Shown: piece after piece, positions 49,502 through 61,800 of the stretch
Layout: each line of letters opens with the position of its first letter
Position numbering within the stretch: the first letter of the stretch is position 1
Assembly (NCBI GenBank): GCA_963514005.1
Contig: OY740807.1
Location: forward strand, 2,108,001-2,172,000
Length of the DNA stretch: 64,000 bases
Direction: 5' to 3'
Origin: Raja brachyura
Lineage: Eukaryota
Made by a program: the position numbers and the translations under genes
The notes under the pieces: model-generated
The model's database searches: none
What the model was told of the DNA's origin: nothing
Seen by the model: the letters and a program-made list of their open reading frames with translations, nothing else

Positions 49502-49830
49502 GTAGCGAGTCTCGGAAGCCCTCACTTCTCCTGCTCCCTCCGTCTCCGGATGAAACTGGCACGGGCTCGGCCACACTCAGCTGCCTGGTGAGCGGCTTTA
49601 AGCCGGGCTTCGTGGCGCTGCGCTGGGCCGTGGACGGCGTGGAGACGGAGAGCGGGGTGACGTCGGGCGCCGTGTCCCCGGACGCCGAACAGACGTACAG
49701 GCTGAGCAGTTACCTGCGGGTCCCCGCCGCCGCATGGGACAAGGGCTCCAGCTATTCCTGCAGCGTCGGACATAGCTCGCTCAGCTCGCCTCTACGACAC
49801 ACCGTCTCGTCGTCCACCTGCGCGAACTGA
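49502..49830 (+). CDS. Ig light chain exon 3: constant (C1-set) domain
   Basis: Branch point CTAAT, polypyrimidine tract, CAG|; PSLLLLPPS, ATLSCLVSGF, W, YRLSSYL, YSCSVGH, C-terminal Cys; the spliced CDS is 738 nt (245 aa), in frame. Confidence 0.95.
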
Positions 49831-50096
49831 GTTCGTGCCATTGGCATCGGCTGCCAATTCTCTGCTATGTTTAACACAGAGAGAGCTTCACTGTGGTCTG
49901 CCGCCACCTTGAGCAATGTAACCTATAGCAATGTCCACTTCTGGGAACAACACGAATATGTAATTATCTCAGAGATCAGTGCGAATTTCTTTGTTGATTT
50001 GTCCTCTGTGTTTTACTGCCTCTGTCTGTAGAGTGGGGGGAGATCCCATGTAGACAGTAACCGTGTTGTGATTGGATCTGGTGTATCTCGGCTTTT

Positions 50097-50102
50097 AATA
50101 AA
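50097..50102 (+). terminator. Polyadenylation signal of the Ig light chain gene
   Basis: First AATAAA after the stop codon (about 267 nt downstream), followed by GT-containing sequence. Confidence 0.7.
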
Positions 50103-50550
50103 AATGAAAAACTGCGGTGTGATTCCATTGGTCTATTTTCACGCGGTTCCTCGCAGTACATTGAGGGGTTTGGCGCAAAGACCTGGCGATCAGGAGCCGC
50201 CTTACACACAACTACAACCAGTTCCGCTCAAACGGCTCATTCTGCTCCTCTTGATCAATAGCACTCTGTGTCCCGCACCGACCTCTTCCCCCCTCTCCCA
50301 CCTGTCGCCGTCTGCCGGTCCCTCTATTCTGCGTCCCGACTCCCCTACCTCCATCGCAACCTCACGTGTCTATCCTGCTCCCCATTTCCCACCTACCCCC
50401 CCCCCCCCCCCCCCCCCCACCCCGCCACCGCTCCCTCTGGATGCCAGATGCACAATCTCGCCGCTCTTTGGTCAAATTTGGGGGTGGGGACACACACACA
50501 TGAAACACGGTGCTGGACTCTTCCGCTCTGAACCATCCCTGGAACACGTG

Positions 50551-50700
50551 GGTAGGTGAAAACTCGGGTAGAGACCCTTCTTCAGATTTAGCTCCGAACC
50601 TAAACGCTGAAGAAGGGTCTCGACCCGAAACGTCGCCTATCTGCTTCGCTCCGTAGATGCTGCTGCACCCGCTGAGTTTCTCCAGCCTTTTGTGTACCCC
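50551..50700. repeat. Back-to-back short Penelope-related repeats with hammerhead-like motifs
   Basis: 50551-50585 (-) and 50607-50640 (+): CTGAAGAAGGGTCTCGACCCGAAACGTC. Confidence 0.65.
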
Positions 50701-50924
50701 CGTCACCGATCCATGTTCTCCATGCATGCTATCCGACCCATTACCAATGCCTTTCCATGGTAAACCAGCATCTGCAGTTGCTTGTTTGCAGTTGCCGCTA
50801 TAAATGCACGAAGTTCTCAGAACTCAGTAAGTGTGACGCTATCTCTCGGGAAGCATTCGCTACTGAGGGCCTAATGGGTGAACACTAAAGTACACAAGAG
50901 CTGATCACCGGGTTGTGAAGGTTT

Positions 50925-51527
50925 AAGAATAAACTGCAGATGCTGGAAAATCGAAGGTAGACAAAAATGCTGGAGAAACCCAGCGGGTGAGGCAGCATCT
51001 ATGGAGCGAAGGAAATAGGCAACGTTTCGGGTCCAGAGGGCGGGGGGGGGGGGACAAGAAAGGAAGAGGCGAAGTCAGTAGGCTGAAAGAGAGCTGAGAA
51101 GGTGAGGAGAAAGCAGGGACTACCTGAAATTGGAGAAATGCAGTCTAGATAGCCATAGGGGTCAGTGGGTGTCGGCCAGTACATCTACTTACTGACCGAC
51201 ATCTACTATAAACCCACTGAGTCCCATGGCTATCTGGACTAAGCTTCTTCCTACCCCGCTTCCTGTAAGGACTCCATCCCCCACTCCCAATTCCTCCATC
51301 TACGCGGCATCTGCTCCCAGGATGAGGTGTTCTACTCCAGGGCATCTGAGATGTCCTCATTCGTCAGGGAACGGGGCTTCCCCTCTTCTACTATAGATTA
51401 GGCTCTCACCAGGGTCTCTTCTATACCCCGTAACTCTGCTCTCATTCCCCAACCCCCCACTCGTAACAAGGGCTGAGTCCCCCTTGTCTTCACCTTCCAC
51501 CCTACCAGCCGTCACAAACAACAAATA
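50925..51527. mobile_element. Penelope-like fragments (antisense terminal repeat followed by a sense RT C-terminal piece)
   Basis: 50925-51140 is the reverse complement of the 52720-52920 type end; 51170-51527 encodes TDIYYKPT...YLD...SIP.SQFL. Confidence 0.7.
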
Positions 51528-52040
51528 GTGGGATAGAATATACAGGCATTTGGATGGGCAAGGGCTGATTAGGGACAGTCAGCATGATTTTGTAAGTGGG
51601 AGGTCATGTCTCACAAATCTGATCGATATTTTTGAAGACGTGACCAAAAAGGTTGATGAGGGCAGCGCTGGAGATGTAGTGTACATGGAGTTTAGTAAGG
51701 TGTTCGACAAGGTGCCGCATGGTAGGCTGCACTGGAAGGTTAGATTTCATGGGATCCAAGGAGAGATAGCTGAATGGAAGCAAAATCGCTCCATAGAAGG
51801 AAGCAGAGGGTGATGGTGGAAGGTTGGTTATCAGAATGGAGGCATGTGACTGGTGGTGTGCCACAGGGTTCAGTGCTGGGCCCGTTATTGTTTGTCATCT
51901 ACATCAATGATTTGGCAGTGTGAGAATTAAGGGACATAAGTTTAGGGGTAACATGAGGGGAACTTCTTTACTCAGAGAGTGGTGGCTGTATGGAATGAGC
52001 TTCCAGCAGAAGTGGTGGGGGCAGGATCGATTTTAACATT

Positions 52041-52920
52041 TACCAGGGTCTCACCAGGGTCTCTTCTATACCCTGTAACTCTGCTCTCATTCCCCAACCC
52101 CCCACTCGTAACAAGGGCTGAGTCCCCCTTGTCTTCACCTTCCACCCTACCAGCCGTCACAAACAACAAATAATTCTCCGACATTTTCGCCACCTCCAAC
52201 GGGATCCCAGCACTGGCCACATCTTCCCATCTCCTCCCCTGTCTGCTTTCCACAGAGACCGCACCCTCTGTAACTCCCTGCTCAATTCATCCCTTCCCAC
52301 CCAAACCGCTCCCTTTCCTGGCTCTTTCCCTTGCAACTGCAGGAAATGCTACACTTGTCGCTTTACCTCCCCCCTCGACTCCATTCAAGGACCCAAGCAG
52401 TCTTTCCAGGTGCGGCAGAGGTTCACCTGCACATCCTCCAACCTCATCTATTGCATCCGCTGCTATAGGTGTCAGCTGCTCTCCATCGGCGAGACCAAGC
52501 GTAGGCTTGGCGATCGCTTCACCCAACACCTCCGCTCGGTTCGCATTAACCAACCTTATCTCCCGGTGGATCAGCACTTCAACTCGCTCTCCCATTCCGA
52601 ATCTGACCTTTCAGACCTTGGCCTCCTCCATGGCCAAAGTAAGGCCCACCGTAAATTGAAGGAGCAGCACCTCATATTTCGCTTGGGCAGTTTACACCCC
52701 AGCGGTTTGAACATTGACTTCTCCAGTTTCAGGCAGTCCCTGCTTTCTCCTCCCCTTCTCAGCTCTCCCTCAACCCACTGTCTCCGCCTATTCATTTCTT
52801 CTTCCCGCCCTCCACCCTCACATCAGTCTGAAGAAGGGTCTCGACCCGAAACTTTGCCTATCTCCTTTGCTCCATAGATGCTGCCTCACCCGTTGAGTTT
52901 CTCCAGCATTTTTGTCTACC
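52041..52920 (+). mobile_element. Penelope-like element 3' part with GIY-YIG endonuclease and terminal repeat
   Basis: FTCTSSNLIYCIRC..C.LLSIGETKRRLGDRF..H; hammerhead-like motif at 52828-52860. Confidence 0.88.
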
Positions 52921-53460
52921 ACCGGGCTGGTAATAGTCCTATTAAAGACAGGGCTTTATTTCGTTAATACATGAGCATTTATTGATCGGTTCATTAATTA
53001 GACACACTTGATCCGAGTTACAACCACAGACTCTCACAAATAATTCAATGAATGCCCACACAAAAGATCATGAGGTGAAATGGGTGTCTGAGGGGTTGGG
53101 CGAAGCCATTTCATTGGGGTTGATGATTGAGGAGAAGGTGGGAGCTGGAGATTGGGTGTAAAGAATAAGGAAAGTCAGGACCCCGAGTTTAATGCTGCAT
53201 ACCGATATTGTATGTGCCGTAAGTCTCAATGAATGGTTAGAGAAGTGTAAATAAAAATATGGAGATTGTCAGGGTGCAAAGGCTTGTGTCGTGAGGTAAG
53301 AAATTCCAACCGGATAAACAGCGTTTTTCATTGAGACCAGTCATTAAATTATAGAGCAGCACAGCACGGATACAGGCCCTTCAGGTCACCTTACCCCTCC
53401 GACCTAGTTGGCATGCCGGGCTAGTCACATTTGGTTGTAAGCTGTGGGCCGAGCATCGAA

Positions 53461-55588
53461 AATAGAAACATAGAAACATAGAAATTAGGTGCAGGAGTAG
53501 GCCATTCGGCCTTTTGATCCAGCACCGCCATTCAATATGATCATGGCTGATCATCCAACTCAGTATCCCGTACCTGCCTTCTGTCCATACCCTCTGATCC
53601 CCTTAGCCACAAGGGCCACATCTAACTCCCTTTTAAATATAGCCAATGAACTGGCCTCAACTACCCTCTGTGGCAGAGAGTTCCAGAGACCCACCACTCT
53701 CTGTGTGAAAAAAGTCCTTCTCATCTCGGTCCAAAAGGATTTCCCCCTTATCCTTAAGCTGTGGCCCCTTGTCCTGGACCTCCCCAACATCGGGAACAAT
53801 CTTCCTGCATCTAGCCTGTCCAACCCCTTAAGAATTTTGTAAGTTTCTATAAGATCCCCTCTCAATCTCCTAAATTCTAGAGAGTATAAACTGAGTTTAT
53901 GCAGTCTTTGTTCATAAGACAGTCCTGACATCCCAGGAATCAGTCTGGTGAACCTTCTCTGCACTCCCTCTAAGGCAATAATGTCCTTCCTCAGATTTGG
54001 AGACCAGAACTGTACGCAATACTCCAGGGGTGGTCTCACCAAGACCCTATACAACTGAAGTAGAACCTCCCTGCTCTTATACTCAAATCCTTTTGCTATG
54101 AAAGCTAACATGCCATTTGCTTTCTTCACTGCCTGCTGCACCTGCATGCCTACTTTCAATGACTGGTGTACCATGACACCCAGGTCGCGCTGCATCTCCC
54201 CTTTTCCTAATCGGCCTCCATTTAGATAATAGTCTGTTTTCATATTTTTGCCACCAAAGTGGATAACCTCACATTTATCCACATTATACTGCATCTGCCA
54301 AACATTTGCCCACTCACCCAGCCTATCCAAGTCACCTTGCAGTCTCCTAGCATCCTCCTCACAGCTAACACTGCCCCCCAGCTTAGTGTCATCTGCAAAC
54401 TTGGAGATATTGCCTTCAATTCCCTCATCCAGATCATTAATGTATATTGTAAATAGCTGGGGTCCCAGCACTGAGCCTTGCGGTACCCCACTAGTCACTG
54501 CCTGCCATTGTGAAAACGACCCGTTTACTCCTACTCTTTGCTTCCTGTTTGCCAGCCAGTTCTCTATCCACATCAATACTGAACTCCCAATGCCGTATGC
54601 TTTAAGTTTATATACTAATCTCTTATGTGGGACCTTGTCGAAAGCCTTCTGGAAGTCCAGATACACCACATCCACTGGTTCTCCCCTATCCATGCTACTA
54701 GTTACATCCTCGAAAAATTCCACAAGATTCGTCAGACATGATTTACCTTTCATAAATCCGTGCTGACTTTGTCCAATGATTTCACCACTTTCCAAATGTG
54801 CTGCTATCCCATCTTTAATAACTGACTCCAGCAGTTTCCCCACTACCGATGTTAGACTAACTGGTCTGCAATTCCCCGGTTACTCTCTCCCCCCCTTCTT
54901 AAAAAGAGGGGTTACGTTTGCTACCCGCCCATCCTCAGGAACTACTCCAGATTCTAAAGAGTTTTGAAAGATTATCACTAATGCATCCACTATTTCCGGA
55001 GCTACTTCCTTAAGTACTCTGGGATGCAGCCTATCTGGCCCTGGGGATTTATTGGCCTTTAATCCATTCAATTTACCCAACACCACTTCCCGACTAACCT
55101 GGATTTCACTCAAGTCCTCCTTTGACCCGCGGTCCCCTGCTATTTCCGGCAGATTATTTATGTCTTCCTTAGTGAAGACGGAACCAAAGTAGTTATTCAA
55201 TTGTTCCGCCATATCCTTGTTCCCCATGATCAACTCACCTGTTTCTGACTGCAAGGGACCTACATTTGTTTTAACTAATCTCTTTCTCTTCACATATCTA
55301 TAAAACTTTTGCAGTCAGTTTTTATGTTCCCTGCCAGTTTTCTTTCATAATCTATTTTTCCTTTCCTAATCAAGCCCTTTGTCCTCCTCTGCTGGTCTCT
55401 GAATTTCTCCCAGTCCTCTGGTATGCTGCTTTTTCTGGCTACTTTGTACGCATCATCCTTTGCTTTGATACTATCCCTGATTTCCCTTGTTATCCACGGA
55501 TGCACTACCTTCCCTGATCTATTCTTTTGCCAAACTGGGAGGAACAATTTTTGTAGTTCATCCATGCAGTCTTTAAATGTCTTCCATT
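53461..55588 (-). mobile_element. CR1 family B, 5'-truncated
   Basis: 427-aa RT ORF 53560-54843; tail. Confidence 0.92.
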
Positions 55589-55904
55589 CTAGAAAATGTG
55601 TCTAGAATGTGTGTCACCCGTGTCTGGGAAATACTTGAAAGTTTGCACAGATTTAGATATAACATAATTGAGAAGGAAGTCATAACTCGTCAGTGCAAAC
55701 GGTTGCACATTCATTCATGAATCCAATTAGAATACGATGTCGAAAAAGTAGGCGCCATCTAGTGTCTAACGCCCATATTACTGCATGGGAAGCCTAATTC
55801 TGTGCTGCTGTTTTAACATATATATATGCTTGTGAATATGAGTGTAATTATATATAATTATATTATATAAATATAATATAACAAATATAATTTTGCATAG
55901 CCAA

Positions 55905-57632
55905 AAGAGACGGGGGAGATATTGAACAATTTATTTTCTCTATTCAGGATATTGAACGCTGTGAGGTAAGGGAAAAAAGTAGAGTAGCTATGGAAGTACG
56001 AGGTTCAAAGAGGAGGAAGTACTTTTGAAAAATATAAAAGTGGATAAGTCTCCAGGTCCTGACAGGTATTCCCTAGGACATTGAGGGAAGTTAGTGTAGA
56101 AATAGCAGGAGCTATGACAGAAATATTTCAAATGTCATTAGAAACGGGAATAGTGCCGGAGGATTGGCGTACTGCGCATGTTGTTCCATTGTTTAAAAAG
56201 GGTTCAAAGAATAAACCTAGCAATTATAGACATGTTAGTTTGATGTCAGTGGTGGGCAAATTAATGGAAAGGATACTTAGAGATTATGTATATAAGCATC
56301 TGGATAACCAGGGTCTCATCAGGAACAGTCAACATGGATTTGTGCCTGGAAGATCATGTTTGACAAACCTTCTTGAATTTTTTGAAGAGGTTACAAGGGA
56401 AATTGATGAGGGTAAAGCTGTGGATGTTGTCTATATGGATTCCAGTGAGACCTTTGACAAGGTTCCCCATGGAAGGTTGGTTAAGAAGGTTCAATCTTTG
56501 GGTGTTAATGGCGGAGTAGCGAGATGGATTCAACAGTGGCTGAATGGGAGATGTCAGAGAGTAATGGTGGATGGCTGTTTGTCAGGTTGGAAGCTGGTGA
56601 CCAGTGGGGTTCCTCAGGGATCTGTTTTGGGTCCACTGTTGTTTGTCATGTACATCAATGATCTAGATGATGGGGTGGAAAATTGGATAAGTAATTACGC
56701 AGACGATACTAAGATAGGTGGTGCTGTGGATAATGAAGTAGATTTTCAAAGTCTACAGAGAGATTTGGGCCATTTGGAAGAGTGGGCTGAAAGATGGCAG
56801 ATAGAGTTTAATGCTGATAAGTGTGAGGTGCTACATCTTGGCAGGACAAATCAAAATAGGACGTACATGGTAAATGGTAGGGAATTGAGGAATGCTGTGG
56901 AACAGAGAGATCTAGGAACAACTGTGCATAGTTCCCTGAAGGTGGAATCGCATGTAGTTGGGTGGTAAAGAAAGATTTCGGTGTGCTGGCCTTTATAAAT
57001 CAGAACATTGAATATAGGAGTAGGGAAGTAATGTTAAAATTGTACAAGGTATTGGTGAGACCAATTCTGGAGTATGGTGTACAATTTTGGTCGCCTAATT
57101 ATAGGAATGATGTCAACAAAATAGAGAGAGTACAGAGGAGATTTATTAGAATGTTGCCTGGGTTCCAGCAACTAAGTTACAGAGAAAGGTTGAACAAGTT
57201 AGGTCTTTATTCTTTGGAGCGCAGAAGGTTAAGGGGGGGACTTGATTGAGGTCTTCAAAATGATGAAAGGGATAGACAGAGTTAATGTGGATAAGCTTTT
57301 CCTATTGAGGGTAGGGAAGATTCAAACAAGAGGGCATGACATGAGAATTAAGGGACAGAAGTTTAGGGGTAACATGAGGGGAACTTCTTTACTCAGAGAG
57401 TGGTGGCTGTGTGGAATGAGCTTCCAGCAGAAGTGGTGGGGGCAGGATCGATTTTAACATTTAAAAGTAAAGTGGATAGGTATATGGACGGGAAGGGAAT
57501 GGAGGGGTATGGTCTGAGGACAGGCAGATGGGACTAGGGGAAAATAAATGGTCGGCACGGACTAGAAGGGCCGAGAAGGCCTGTTTCCGTGATGTAATTG
57601 TTATGTGGTTATTGTTATATGGTTATATGGTG
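55905..57632 (+). mobile_element. CR1 family A, 5'-truncated
   Basis: RT ORF 56081-56968 and onward; GTTATATG tail. Confidence 0.9.
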
Positions 57633-57869
57633 ATATCATGACGTCGTTGGCTGTGTGACGTCATGAGGTCATATGCTTGCTGCAGGGCAAGTTATGTTTG
57701 TAAAAGTACTTTTTGTAAAATTTGTAATGTGAATAACTTGTAAAATATACCATCAATCTGAACAAAACTTTCATACACCACACCACAGGACAATGGTAAG
57801 GTAAGCCAAAAATATTCGCGCTATCGTGTTGGCGTAATTTCAGGATCACTCTCATAGACAGACAAACAT

Positions 57870-58020
57870 NNNNNNNNNNNNNNNNNNNNNNNNNNNNNNN
57901 NNNNNNNNNNNNNNNNNNNNNNNNNNNNNNNNNNNNNNNNNNNNNNNNNNNNNNNNNNNNNNNNNNNNNNNNNNNNNNNNNNNNNNNNNNNNNNNNNNNN
58001 NNNNNNNNNNNNNNNNNNNN
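57870..58020. other. Unresolved sequence (N run)
   Basis: Run of n. Confidence 0.99.
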
Positions 58021-58054
58021 TAGAGAGAGAGTAGGACCTCTCAGGAATAAAAGC

Positions 58055-58850
58055 GGTCACCTCTGTGTGGAGCCACAGCAGATGGATAAAGTCCTCAGTG
58101 AGTATTTCTCCTCTGTATTTATTGATGAGAAAGAGAGTAGGATGGAGGAAATTGGAGCGGTCACTGGAAGTGTCACGAGGGCAGTCAGGGTTACCGTCGA
58201 GGAAGTACTGAAGGTACTGTCGTGTTTGAAGGTAGACAAATCTCTGGGGCCTGATCAGATATATCCGAGGATATTGCAGGAAATTGCGGGAGCCCTGGTT
58301 GAAATTTATGAGTCGTCCTTCAATACAGGAGAGGTGCCAGTGGATTGGAGGGTGGCAAATGTTGTGCCTCTTTTCAAGAATGACTTCAGGGAAAATGTTG
58401 GGAACTATAGGCCGGTGAGCTTAACATCTGTAGTTAGTTAGTTAGTTACTGGAGAGTATTCTGTGGGATAGAATATACAGGCATTTGGATGGGCAAGGGC
58501 TGATTAGGGACAGTCAGCATGATTTTGTAAGTGGGAGGTCGTGTCTCACAAATCTGATCGATATTTTTGAAGACGTGACCAAAAAGGTTGATGAGGGCAG
58601 CGCTGGAGATGTAGTGTACATGGAGTTTAGTAAGGTGTTCGACAAGGTGCCGCATGGTAGGCTGCACTGGAAGGTTAGATTTCATGGGATCCAAGGAGAG
58701 ATAGCTGAATGGAAGCAAAATCGCTCCATAGAAGGAAGCAGAGGGTGATGGTGGAAGGTTGGTTATCAGAATGGAGGCATGTGACTGGTGGTGTGCCACA
58801 GGGTTCAGTGCTGGGCCCGTTATTGTTTGTCATCTACATCAATGATTTGG
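58055..58850 (+). mobile_element. CR1 fragment
   Basis: KVDKSLGPDQIYPRIL, DWRVANVVPLFK, NYRPVSLTS. Confidence 0.8.
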
Positions 58851-61800
58851 CAGTGTGAGAATTAAGGGACATAAGTTTAGGGGTAACATGAGGGGAACTT
58901 CTTTATTCAGAGAGTGGTGGCTGTGTGGAATGAGCTTCCAGCAGAAGTGGTGGGGGCAGGATCGATTTTAACATTTACCAGGGTCTCACCAGGGTCTCTT
59001 CTATACCCCGTAACTCTGCTCTCATTCCCCAACCCCCCACTCGTAACAAGGGCTGAGTCCCCCTTGTCTTCACCTTCCACCCTACCAGCCGTCACAAACA
59101 ACAAATAATTCTCCGACATTTTCGCCACCTCCAACGGGATCCCAGCACTGGCCACATCTTCCCATCTCCTCCCCTGTCTGCTTTCCACAGAGACCGCACC
59201 CTCTGTAACTCCCTGCTCAATTCATCCCTTCCCACCCAAACCGCTCCCTTTCCTGGCTCTTTCCCTTGCAACTGCAGGAAATGCTACACTTGTCGCTTTA
59301 CCTCCCCCCTCGACTCCATTCAAGGACCCAAGCAGTCTTTCCAGGTGCGGCAGAGGTTCACCTGCACATCCTCCAACCTCATCTATTGCATCCGCTGCTA
59401 TAGGTGTCAGCTGCTCTCCATCGGCGAGACCAAGCGTAGGCTTGGCGATCGCTTCACCCAACACCTCCGCTCGGTTCGCATTAACCAACCTTATCTCCCG
59501 GTGGATCAGCACTTCAACTCGCTCTCCCATTCCGAATCTGACCTTTCAGACCTTGGCCTCCTCCATGGCCAAAGTAAGGCCCACCGTAAATTGAAGGAGC
59601 AGCACCTCATATTTCGCTTGGGCAGTTTACACCCCAGCGGTTTGAACATTGACTTCTCCAGTTTCAGGCAGTCCCTGCTTTCTCCTCCCCTTCTCAGCTC
59701 TCCCTCAACCCACTGTCTCCGCCTATTCATTTCTTCTTCCCGCCCTCCACCCTCACATCAGTCTGAAGAAGGGTCTCGACCCGAAACTTTGCCTATCTCC
59801 TTTGCTCCATAGATGCTGCCTCACCCGTTGAGTTTCTCCAGCATTTTTGTCTACCACCGGGCTGGTAATAGTCCTATTAAAGACAGGGCTTTATTTCGTT
59901 AATACATGAGCATTTATTGATCGGTTCATTAATTAGACACACTTGATCCGAGTTACAACCACAGACTCTCACAAATAATTCAATGAATGCCCACACAAAA
60001 GATCATGAGGTGAAATGGGTGTCTGAGGGGTTGGGCGAAGCCATTTCATTGGGGTTGATGATTGAGGAGAAGGTGGGAGCTGGAGATTGGGTGTAAAGAA
60101 TAAGGAAAGTCAGGACCCCGAGTTTAATGCTGCATACCGATATTGTATGTGCCGTAAGTCTCAATGAATGGTTAGAGAAGTGTAAATAAAAATATGGAGA
60201 TTGTCAGGGTGCAAAGGCTTGTGTCGTGAGGTAAGAAATTCCAACCGGATAAACAGCGTTTTTCATTGAGACCAGTCATTAAATTATAGAGCAGCACAGC
60301 ACGGATACAGGCCCTTCAGGTCACCTTACCCCTCCGACCTAGTTGGCATGCCGGGCTAGTCACATTTGGTTGTAAGCTGTGGGCCGAGCATCGAAAATAG
60401 AAACATAGAAACATAGAAATTAGGTGCAGGAGTAGGCCATTCGGCCTTTTGATCCAGCACCGCCATTCAATATGATCATGGCTGATCATCCAACTCAGTA
60501 TCCCGTACCTGCCTTCTGTCCATACCCTCTGATCCCCTTAGCCACAAGGGCCACATCTAACTCCCTTTTAAATATAGCCAATGAACTGGCCTCAACTACC
60601 CTCTGTGGCAGAGAGTTCCAGAGACCCACCACTCTCTGTGTGAAAAAAGTCCTTCTCATCTCGGTCCAAAAGGATTTCCCCCTTATCCTTAAGCTGTGAC
60701 CCCTTGTCCTGGACCTCCCCAACATCGGGAACAATCTTCCTGCATCTAGCCTGTCCAACCCCTTAAGAATTTTGTAAGTTTCTATAAGATCCCCTCTCAA
60801 TCTCCTAAATTCTAGAGAGTATAAACTGAGTTTATGCAGTCTTTGTTCATAAGACAGTCCTGACATCCCAGGAATCAGTCTGGTGAACCTTCTCTGCACT
60901 CCCTCTAAGGCAATAATGTCCTTCCTCAGATTTGGAGACCAGAACTGTACGCAATACTCCAGGGGTGGTCTCACCAAGACCCTATACAACTGAAGTAGAA
61001 CCTCCCTGCTCTTATACTCAAATCCTTTTGCTATGAAAGCTAACATGCCATTTGCTTTCTTCACTGCCTGCTGCACCTGCATGCCTACTTTCAATGACTG
61101 GTGTACCATGACACCCAGGTCGCGCTGCATCTCCCCTTTTCCTAATCGGCCTCCATTTAGATAATAGTCTGTTTTCATATTTTTGCCACCAAAGTGGATA
61201 ACCTCACATTTATCCACATTATACTGCATCTGCCAAACATTTGCCCACTCACCCAGCCTATCCAAGTCACCTTGCAGTCTCCTAGCATCCTCCTCACAGC
61301 TAACACTGCCCCCCAGCTTAGTGTCATCTGCAAACTTGGAGATATTGCCTTCAATTCCCTCATCCAGATCATTAATGTATATTGTAAATAGCTGGGGTCC
61401 CAGCACTGAGCCTTGCGGTACCCCACTAGTCACTGCCTGCCATTGTGAAAACGACCCGTTTACTCCTACTCTTTGCTTCCTGTTTGCCAGCCAGTTCTCT
61501 ATCCACATCAATACTGAACTCCCAATGCCGTATGCTTTAAGTTTATATACTAATCTCTTATGTGGGACCTTGTCGAAAGCCTTCTGGAAGTCCAGATACA
61601 CCACATCCACTGGTTCTCCCCTATCCATGCTACTAGTTACATCCTCGAAAAATTCCACAAGATTCGTCAGACATGATTTACCTTTCATAAATCCGTGCTG
61701 ACTTTGTCCAATGATTTCACCACTTTCCAAATGTGCTGCTATCCCATCTTTAATAACTGACTCCAGCAGTTTCCCCACTACCGATGTTAGACTAACTGGT

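Noticed and set aside
47699-49830. T-cell receptor or processed pseudogene interpretation
   Set aside because: A single C exon ending in Cys-Ala-Asn-stop with no transmembrane exon indicates a light chain; introns are retained and the frame is open
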